A stretch of DNA of 64,000 nt from Nemertoderma westbladi (taxonomy: Eukaryota; Animalia; Xenacoelomorpha). This document shows positions 55,701-64,000 of this stretch, in pieces. Location of the stretch: contig JAUCBJ010003120.1 in assembly GCA_032718475.1 (NCBI GenBank), positions 1 to 64,000 of the forward strand, given 5' to 3'. A program made the position numbers and the translations under genes. Each line of letters opens with the position of its first letter. Position 1 is the first letter of the stretch. The notes below the pieces were generated by a model. That model made no database searches. It saw nothing but the letters and a program-made list of their open reading frames with translations, and had not been told where the DNA came from.

Positions 55701-56882
55701 TTCAGTGATGTAAATGACACTGATCAAGAATCTGAGATGGAAGGATTCTATACTGACGAATTCTCCGACGCCAACGAATCCTGTTACCTAATCAATACCG
55801 CGGTGTATCGAGCACTTACGTATGAAAAGGACACCGACAATGAGTTCCCCCCAACTACCTTTGACAGACAACCATCTTGGAAAGCTCCAACTTCCAACGT
55901 AGGAATCAGAGAATTTCCTGTAGTGCAGGTAAGAGTTCACGGTCCTAACAAAAGTTACATAGTGAACGCCCTCCTTGACTCCGGCAGCACAGGAACATTC
56001 ATCGATCAAGAACTAGCCGAAGATATCTTTGCTGGACAACCCAAATTCCGGACTAAATTGAATATGTCAGGAATTATGCAGGTTTGGAAATCTACCCTAA
56101 CGGCAGACTACTATGTAGGTGTGTTGTCCACCCCCCAGGATAAATTAGGAGCACAAGGTATAAGGTCGGTAAAAATGGTGGCTATAAAGAACTTCGCTAC
56201 TACCCAAGCAGACCTTTATAATTGGGACGAGGATGAGAGCATCCAACATCTTAAGATACCTCGATTCCAGACAGATTATCCTGGAGTGCAAATACTCATC
56301 GGCCAAAACGCGCATGAGGCGCTCGAGACATTGGAGAAACGGCCTGCTCAACCGCAGCCACTACAAACCTATGCGGTAAGAACTAGAGTAGGTTGGTACT
56401 TCACTGGCCCTTCCCGTAGAACTCTCAAAGAGAGATTACCTCAACAACAGGTATACCAAGTAAAGGAATGGGAAGTGGAGAGCAGTGATGTGGACGATCC
56501 AACTGAGGGAACACCATACTCCTCAGATAATGACGATATTAACTCCAATGTAGATCAATGGAGACATTGCCTTGGGACGATTAATCCAGCCGACATCGCT
56601 TCCAGAGGAGCAACTCCTCAAGAACTGATAGATACTCCAGGCTGGTTAGGTGGATCCGACTTCTTAAGTAAAGAAGAAGAAGAATGGCCTCCTCATCTTA
56701 CCCCGGCGGAGATTAGACAGGCCAAGGGAGCGGAGAAAGTAACACAACAACTCAATCGCCCAGCTGGTCGTTTATGTTTACTGGAAAGAGACCGAAAACT
56801 GTCCGGAAACTATGGAAGGCAAGATACTCTTCCTACGACCACTTCCCTAATCCGACAAATATCTAGGGACTCCATAACGTAA
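52743..56882 (+). CDS. BEL/Pao Gag-aspartic protease polyprotein with a C-terminal Pao RNase H-region remnant (1379 aa)
   Basis: DUF1759-like KFNGDEMKW...EKLRFLIKCLEG...L..RYG; three knuckles CALCDGPHRLSAC, CYNCLRSGHQRRTC, CAKCGAKHHILLH; protease ALLDSGSTGTFI...ILIG; then WRHCLGTINPADIASRG...W.GG.DFL....WP. Confidence 0.92.
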   Translation: MSDSTKSLSDSLLESVRMSIRLRQRIKRIRDQDPSIEHPRSKSKSPTIVKKAIPTVVVSDTRLVEQRRSIIGTRAQVKRDQEAAVKQQQHPSLELSSQRPDSSSSSDTAERTPERGAKMVDTVYDERPTYEESTDATSSQVESEVESELTAEKPRTRDAIDIYLSDYQRFIGDEELRRRLSGLRPNSEGTKLVLDAIDAEMLAANQAKFDERLRLVRVQEEQVKKRRIEDRKAAAVAAAKAAAAEVEAERKAAAAEAEAERKAKAAMAEVERKAAKAVAEAERRASEETTQLELEYLQETQDNINKQLTASHMQMMRRSTPKRQGYTSSEEGETTDPEGGGNRSRLSRRRKTSHRHKLPDLPPAVRRQLASTDLGSTEPTEQTIQVKRLPTIVDEPEIIRPVVTKVTSVPETPVLPELNSKFPLHSTTLPVPGRTVHENIPVLEAEREIKDLSPVVQRRPATMLATPASAVEWVEEGRRGMNLLLGQMQETVHQLKGTVREGRAELQELQQSIALERDKLVNIQKGISIPPVTLCQPVRSEVLHAQGVEPTRIYTASEVETPIANPIKGDYKPVVNDIPYRPDNDPRNLYTDNSILNNTMAQESFTRQMARTEARQAVKVGEIVKFNGDEMKWLPFNEYYKDSIQNSVLSNGEKLRFLIKCLEGPPKLMALKFIGHPEGLRQVWDTLNIRYGNKDNIAKYLYAKLVAPRNFLSSGIIEFSDEIQEICRQLDWLGKSHEYQSSMVIAAVVSTLPKGGVCTRWDKKVLYMNEQQRRSPTMADLMSFLDNEVKLQLIKQSREKTSENKVSEKPVSRRRIIPVCYTDDGESQASQEEDSGKDTAKSYYDNKTYKDVSKYKSRTSDRREQVTTTPPTSPKRIHGRKPEERTRVHNVTQGKVSNIKPKCALCDGPHRLSACAEFLKKSLVDRRTVLWNKRLCYNCLRSGHQRRTCYSDVKCAKCGAKHHILLHSEFERNNPSQVSEPELHVQFSDVNDTDQESEMEGFYTDEFSDANESCYLINTAVYRALTYEKDTDNEFPPTTFDRQPSWKAPTSNVGIREFPVVQVRVHGPNKSYIVNALLDSGSTGTFIDQELAEDIFAGQPKFRTKLNMSGIMQVWKSTLTADYYVGVLSTPQDKLGAQGIRSVKMVAIKNFATTQADLYNWDEDESIQHLKIPRFQTDYPGVQILIGQNAHEALETLEKRPAQPQPLQTYAVRTRVGWYFTGPSRRTLKERLPQQQVYQVKEWEVESSDVDDPTEGTPYSSDNDDINSNVDQWRHCLGTINPADIASRGATPQELIDTPGWLGGSDFLSKEEEEWPPHLTPAEIRQAKGAEKVTQQLNRPAGRLCLLERDRKLSGNYGRQDTLPTTTSLIRQISRDSIT

Positions 56883-58511
56883 TAACATATGGAGTGGGCG
56901 TGTGACTATATCATTTTATATTTGTTTTTATTTTATATTTATGTATGTATTATTATGTAATTTTATTATAATCGTTTTCTTTAATTTTATTTAGTAGAAT
57001 GTTATTTTAGTGATTATTTAGTAGATTAGTGCAATATATTAGTGTTTATTACGTACGTAATTACTTATAATATATATTTAGTGCGACGGCGAGAAAATAA
57101 TTATTTTTCTCTTTCCTTACTGTCCGTATCATATTATAAATACGTGACTACAGTAAGATGAAATGTCCGTACTTCTTAAAGTACAATAAAGCCACTACTA
57201 TATTCAAGTATTATTGGTAGGCAGAGTATTAGGAATGCAAAGTTCAGATCCTCGTGTCTCGGCTAAACCAAGCTCTGGGTAGACCTTGGAAACGACTTGC
57301 CTCTTCACACTGACATTGCTTCGTGCGATATTGCTCTTCTACCTTATATTAAATAATACATATAGTAGCATGATGTCCCTCTAACAGTAGCGTAAAACGC
57401 AAATCAATCTGTTAAACCTTTTGACCATCTGTAATTCTAGTCGATTAAGGTATCGTGGCACCCACCGATATACTTGAAAGACAAATTCTAGAATCAGTGG
57501 TTAACGTACCCAGACAAGTTCTGGAATAAATCGGTGCCCATCTTAAATATTAATTTAATATTTATTAAAATCTGTAAAATTCAGATCCTTTAAAATTTCT
57601 AGTCAATTAAGATATCGCAGCACTTACCGATATTCTTAAAAGGCAATTTTCTAGAATTAAGGATCCTCAGTCCCCAGACATGCTCTGGAATAAAAATTGT
57701 GTCAATCTTAACATCAAATAATAAAATTCACGGGAATAAATTTAAATTCATATTTTTAAATGAATTTCATAAATTGTCATTTTGCGCAATTTATAACATT
57801 CCCAAAATTCCATTAATTAATAGATCATGGGAGCGGAGATTCACCCTATTGAGTGTATTAGAGTGTGAGAATCTCCAACATATAGTCAATAGCCGATAAA
57901 ATTAATAAAATCATGCATAAAGAGGATATTGACAATTAAATAATTATTATTAAATAGCATCCCAGATCTGTATGCATGAGAATTACCCTAATTCTACCGC
58001 TAGCATTCCATAATGTCACCATAGCAACACCCACGCTAGAATTAGAAGCAAGTTAAAAGAACAATAGAAAGCTTGTCCCATTGCATAGCATAGAGAATAT
58101 AGCACACTGTTAGTATCCAAAGATACACAGTAATAACGTGACATTCTGGAAGGCACTGACTAACGGACAAATGGCCTGTATGTGTACAATTGGTGACAGT
58201 TGTGTGGAATTTGTGCGTTTATAGGTGAATGTTACTGCTAAGGTGTGTTTACAGTAGCTAGTCGCAATTGTGAAAGTAGCCCAACTCTCCTATAGAAAGA
58301 ACCTAAAGTGGATTCAAGCCTTTGGGACGGACAGTGGAGTGACTTGTGCCGGTTATCGTTGTCGTGATGTTGCTACATGTTGGCGTAAACACCGCGACGA
58401 CGGTACATCGGCGCTGAGAATCCCACTGTCCGGGGCGAAGAGAGGTAGGCAGCGACGCCCGCTCGCCTAAACATAAACTCATTTCGATATTAATAAACTC
58501 AGATAGCAGAT

Positions 58512-59960
58512 ATGACGGAGTTGATAGAAGATGATCTTGGTATCAGGGAGCGATATACTCTACCTTTACAAGCATTTGTGGATAGCTTGATACGCGGTGA
58601 AACCGATCCAACCATTACGGAGGACGATGGTCGTTATATCGAACCGCCGATGTCCCAAGAGCAACTTACGCGTGAATTGGACTATCGAAAATTCACCGCT
58701 CGCTATACGAATCGTAATAGTATGTATATGGACTTCCTAACTACCGGCCATCCTATTGATTTACATGATACGGACGATGTATACACCGAAAGGGAAATGG
58801 TTCTATTTAAATATCATACCCAGCGGAGTCGTAACGATAAACCGAGAATAGATCACGAAAATTCTATTCGTAACAGACTGGGAAGACGAACCAATATGCC
58901 TAGAATCTGAGGAGATTCAGCCTATCGCGCCCGGAACAGCGACAACGATTACATCCTAGAATGGTATCAAGGTCCGCAGTGTCTCACTGCGTACGATTAT
59001 CGCTATGCCAACTATGTTTCTCAGCAACGTTGTTGGTTATGCGCATCGAGAGACCATGTTACGCCCATGGACACAAATGTCCACTGTTCCTATTTCCAAG
59101 AACAACCGACTATGGAAATTTATTGCGCGTATTGCAGACTCAATAACTTGCACATTTTTGCGGTTTGCCCTCAATTTATGACTCAATGTCACCATTGTCA
59201 ACTAAAGGGACACGCCAGTTTCGATTGCCCTTTTAATCGCGATTTGGAAAGCGTAGATGAAATGATCACACTACGTTACATCAGAGCTTGGGAAGCGAAC
59301 GCTGATTTACATTGTGATTCGCGCCATCGCTATTATCCCGGACGCGCTTACGAAGGAGTTTATGCGTTCCATCCTTATCTATTCGCTTCGGTTGAACAGA
59401 AATCACGCATATCGAGTTACGAGCTACTGAAGCGCGTCGGAGAATGTATTTCAACCAAGTTCGTGCGCAAATTTCTCAGGAGTGTTAATCCTAGCGACCT
59501 TCATTCCTATAACTTAATCAATTATATCCGTCAGGATCCGGACTATGGAGACTTATTTGTTAACTCACACCCAGAGTTACAGGAAGTATATCGGCGGCCT
59601 TACGAATACCGAGCCCGCGAACGCGAGTTGGAAAAAACCATTAAACCCAGGAGGTTTCTGACTGCCTATGGTCCACCCACGGCTCTCGTTCAGACCACTC
59701 GTAAAGGACCCGTAAGAGCGGCCATCCTAAAACGCGCTCTAAAGGCTGTTAGACCCCTCTCCCCCGACGTTGATGTCAATCAACCCGGCATTTCGACTGG
59801 CGGATACGCCGACCATAATCCTACACCCTCTGATGCAATCATATTGCACCCTTCACCCAGGAGTTATAGCCCTCCTTGTAAAGTGGCTCGCCCCAAAGAG
59901 AAAAGGACTCTGGCCAGCTTTAAAAAACTGCGTAAACGCCGTCCGCGCAAGAAAGACTAA
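58512..59960 (+). CDS. Accessory ORF of the LTR element (~482 codons) with Cys/His knuckles and a basic C-terminus; one in-frame TGA at 58908-58910
   Basis: ORFs 58512-58910 and 59067-59960 are in the same frame, and the 52 codons between them are open. Motifs CWLCASRDH, CAYCRLNNLHIFAVC, CHHCQLKGHASFDC; ends KKLRKRRPRKKD. Confidence 0.7.
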
Positions 59961-60038
59961 CTGTTTAGAGTATTTACGTATATTAGAAACTGTGATTTTT
60001 GTATATTTATAGACTCAAATCCCATTTTCTGGGAGCGG

Positions 60039-61279
60039 TGTAAAAGCTTCTGTGGGATATAACTGGCCCCTTTGCTTCGCAATCCAGTTTCCCCCCAGGC
60101 GCTGGAATACTCTAAAAGGCTCTCTAACTGTATATATATTCCCCTCGCCCGCAGGGTACCGTTATAGGTGTTTTAATGGACATAAAAGTCATTCTTCTAT
60201 ATACGTGCTTTGGCGGACATGGTAAGGCAAAAAACCTGCAATGCACCAAATACCTTTACACGGCTTGGCCTTGATGATTCAGATTGCGACATCTAGCAGC
60301 TGGTTGCTGGCATGGAAACAGCCATTGGACGCATGGTTCTTTGTTTGGCTTGAGCCAATCAGAGCGATTTTTTCTGTCGACGTGTAGATATTCGGTCGAT
60401 CATACTAGGAGTGTTCAGTCTTACTGTTTTTTGTGATACTGTTGTGTCATTGCTATCTAAGCCAGAAACACCGGCTCTAGAGTTAATTCGTTTCATACTT
60501 TAGAAGAAACATTAGTAGGCTTAAATTATAGAGCGTATAACTGTTATCAGTGCATATCACTGTACATATCGGTTCATATCATATCTTAACCTACCGTCTT
60601 AATGCTGTTTACTGTTGTGTTTTGGTTGAATATTATTTGGAGAACATATATAAAGAACCCAAATTTCCCAATTTTCTTGATACACTACAGGTTAGAGAGG
60701 CGGGTTATATATAGCGATTGCGACTTATATTATTGTGGTTTGTAGTGAATTTAATGCTATTTGATAAGCCCTACATGAGTCAATTGCTGTTCGCTTTATA
60801 TATGATAAAATTCATTGACGGTCGGCAAATTAATGAGCAGTATTGTGTGTTACCGGTAGTGTGCATGATTGTGACTGATAACTAAGCATTTCCTAAAGAA
60901 TGCGCCTTATACGTGAATCATAAGCCTTACCGACTTACCGTTGTGATTAGTATAAGTCATATCTCTGTTTATTTAGATAGAGCGCCACGTCCTAAAGGAA
61001 CTGTTAATATTTCCCGAAAGTGAATAATATTAGTCAGAAATTATTTATTAACGATCAATCGAATAATACAGTAGGCTTCACTGCAATAATAATCTAAGCC
61101 CTCAGAATCCAGTCTCCCGGGTATATCCAGCGGGTGAATGGACGCGCACTAGGCTGGCTTCTGCTAATGTTGTGTTTATTGGTATTAAATATTTGTCATC
61201 TTCTAAAGTATATTGATAAACCAAAAGACATATAAATTTTGGCAGGTTAAACTGCTAAAGGTCTTCAAAAGCGCGTACA
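60039..61279 (+). repeat. 3' LTR
   Basis: Direct repeat of 48662-49902. Confidence 0.95.
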
Positions 61280-61792
61280 GGCGGTATATTAATTTGCCGA
61301 AGTAGAAGGTTTCACTTTCTCACGTTTCGCCCTCTGGCGGAAGACTGGACAATTACAGATGGCTCATTAGCTTTACAAAACCTGTGGTCTAATTAATATC
61401 TGCAAATAAGTTTTAGCTTGAACTTGAACGAATATTATATAAACAAGGAAACGAGGTAGGATTTCATTTTCAGAAATTTCACCCTCTAGTAGCAGAGAAA
61501 GGAGAACGGCAAGGTGATCCCACGTAAATATTTTCTAAACTCTTGATAGACTCTGTGTGTGTGAACAGTGTTGATCAGAAGGACTGAACTCACTGGCGAC
61601 AGGTTGATTAATGGTACCGCTATGTCGCGGTTACTTCGTGCTTCGCCCCATATTATCATTCTGAAATCTGACGCTGCCCCGCTGGTCAGGTCATTGAGCC
61701 ATGGATAGTAGGATAGGTTATTAGGATAGGAGTAGGATAGGTTATTAATTAATTGACTGACCTCGCGGGCTACAAACAGTCAGTACATCCTT

Positions 61793-62086
61793 CGCACCTT
61801 CGCGCAGCACGAAGTGAGTAAAGCCTTTAGTATATGGGCACCATTAACGAGTTGTCTGCCGTTAGTCTGAAGTCTTCAACACAATACTCGTCCTCCTCTT
61901 GTGCCTCGTTGCGTTCGTTCGTTTTTGACCAAACTTCAGATTCTTTCTAAATTTTTGACGGACTACATACGTACCAAGTTTCGTTTAATTTCATCAAGGA
62001 ATAACCGAGTTATAACGACGACGACAGACAACTCGCCAATGGCACCCATATGCTAAGGCTTCGCTCACTTCGTGGCTCGCCCCACA
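61793..62086 (-). mobile_element. Short copy of the HINE-like element; related diverged monomers at 61285-61510
   Basis: Reverse complement of both element ends (cttcgcgcagcacg; gctaaggcttcgc..acttcgtggctcgccccac) with (gac)n. Confidence 0.65.
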
Positions 62087-63030
62087 GTAGGCTGGCTACC
62101 ATAAGAGTGGACATTTAATTTTAATGTGAATATTGAACTAAAATTTATCTAAAGCTAACGTAACTGCAATATCTTTACATTCGCGAACAGCGCATAGTAG
62201 GCCCTACGATATAGATAAATCCTTGATATGTTCCAAATTTAAATTCTGTCAGTCACCATTAGAAAATGAAAGAGTGAAGTAAAGTGAAACAAATGAATAG
62301 GAAGCAGCACCCGAAACCAATTCACTCGAAATCAATCGCGACACCAAATCTTCAAATTATGCCACTGCCGTCCCTGTCATAATCACTGATGATTGTAAGC
62401 AACTTTGAGTCTCGCAGTTTCTTTTTCAGATTTGGCAATTTCAAGTACCGATAAGCGCACATAGGCCTATAATATCTGAATATACTGTACTACTGTAGTT
62501 TGCTCGACAAATGAAATTAAAAACAGAAAAGGATTACGCACAAAGTCTGTCGACTTATTTCCAGTATGTGGTCCCCCCAGCACTATGGTTAGTCCCTTTA
62601 AAGCATTCGTGCTGAAACGAAAACTGCCCTGGCTCCATGCTGGAATCGAAACCACGACTTCCCAGGAGGTGTGAATTCAATGCAACCGCTACACCAAGGT
62701 GGAACTACAGTTGTGTTCTCAATTAAAGTCCATTCTTCAATCTGTTCAATCTGTTCAATTTCCTCAATCTGTAAAACTCTTTCATGGCACCGCAAGTTTC
62801 TAGCCTACTGAGTGATTGACAGACGGTCGTGGTTGGCTCCCCAAAGTAAAGCTGTTTGTTGATTTGAATGAGTAGATTAATGCAGGGATCAGATAAATTA
62901 TGGGGCACTTGCAAGCCAATAAAGTAAATGTATTTTAGTAAGCATTATTTACAGTATATTACAAATTAAATGTTTACTAACTGATTAAATTTAACATGGT
63001 ATAGCAAATAAAGAGATCATACCATAAATT

Positions 63031-63331
63031 GGGTGTGGCTGGTCTAGGTGGTTCGGGTGTGGCTGGTCTAGGTGGTTCGGGTGTGGCTGGTCTAGGTGGT
63101 TCGGGTGTGACTGGTCCAGGTGGTTCGGGTGTGGCTGGTCTAGGTGGTTCGGGTGTGGCTGGTCCAGGTGGTTCGGGTGTAGCTGGTATAGGGGGTTCGG
63201 GTGTGGCTGGTCTAGGTGGTTCGGGTGTGGCTGGTCCAGGTGGTTCGGGTGTGGCTGGTCCAGGTGGTTCGGGTGTGGCTGGTCCAGGTGGTTCGGGTGT
63301 GGCTGGTCTAGGTGGTTCGGGTGTGGCTGGT
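63031..63331. repeat. 24-bp minisatellite (ggtggttcgggtgtggctggtcta/cca), about 12 copies
   Basis: Direct reading; reads PATPEPP(R/G) on the - strand. Confidence 0.9.
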
Positions 63332-64000
63332 ACAACATTGGGAAATTCTGGCCCTGCTCCTTGGTACGGACAACAACAGTTGATCAATTTACTTACAGTT
63401 TGTTTTGAGTTTGCAATCAACTAATTTAATATTAATGGAGAATAGCGCTATGTCATTGCGTCTTACTGATGCTATTTAACGTTTAATGTCACAAGGGAAT
63501 GATATTCTACCCGCGGCTGAAAAAACACTATCATCCACACAGTCAAATAAATCCGAACAATTGGAAACCATTCCATTGCAAAAGTATGGCATCTCCTTGG
63601 AAACTCTGCGAAACCTTAGTCAGAATCCAGACGCAGAATCAATAGGAAAATTTCTCCTACGGGTTTTGGAACTTGTTTTCACCAGTGCAGAATTGTAAAT
63701 GCAAAATAAAAACGTTTAAAATATCTATAGCGGCGAAAGCGATAACGAACGGTTTTTTTAAACATAAACTATCTAAGGGACATGCAGCGCATTAAATATT
63801 GTAAATAAGAGATTGCATTATAATGATCTAATGATTATGATTATATTTATTCATTCCTTGTTGTGTTATTTGCATGCTTTTATTTGTATAATTAAATTAA
63901 ATAATTGAATAATAAGTAACATAAATATATTTAATTATAAACAATTATTTATTGAAAAATTATTTATACAGAACGATACATTCTACCAAGCATTTTCCAG

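Larger units (their letters stand above)
48662..61279 (+). mobile_element. BEL/Pao LTR retrotransposon, non-autonomous (no RT or integrase), recent insertion
   Basis: Two 1241-bp TG...CA LTRs, 5-bp TSD ggcgg (48657-48661, 61280-61284), short purine tract gggagcgg before the 3' LTR, BEL-type Gag and protease. Confidence 0.93.

Overview
AT-rich, repeat-dense eukaryotic DNA, most likely from an invertebrate animal; nothing looks prokaryotic and there is no CRISPR array. The backbone is the 3' part of a + strand GPATCH8/ZNF804-like gene, with 10 phase-consistent coding exons from 5101 to the stop at 46710. Two genes are nested in its introns: a three-exon ETFA on the - strand (33169-29894) and an uninterrupted 497-aa ORF built from four repeats (15791-17284, +). 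The introns also hold a Foldback/MULE-like element with a 9-bp TSD (upstream of the first visible exon), MITEs, HINE-like elements, LINE fragments and several large minisatellites. One 21-bp array of about 296 copies is a tandem amplification of an exon end plus its splice donor and encodes an in-frame heptad. Downstream is a recent 12.6-kb BEL/Pao LTR element (48662-61279, 5-bp TSD). It encodes Gag-protease fused to a short RNase H-region stub, lacks RT and integrase, and carries an extra zinc-knuckle ORF split by one in-frame TGA. Most long ORFs in the supplied track are artefacts of the tandem repeats.
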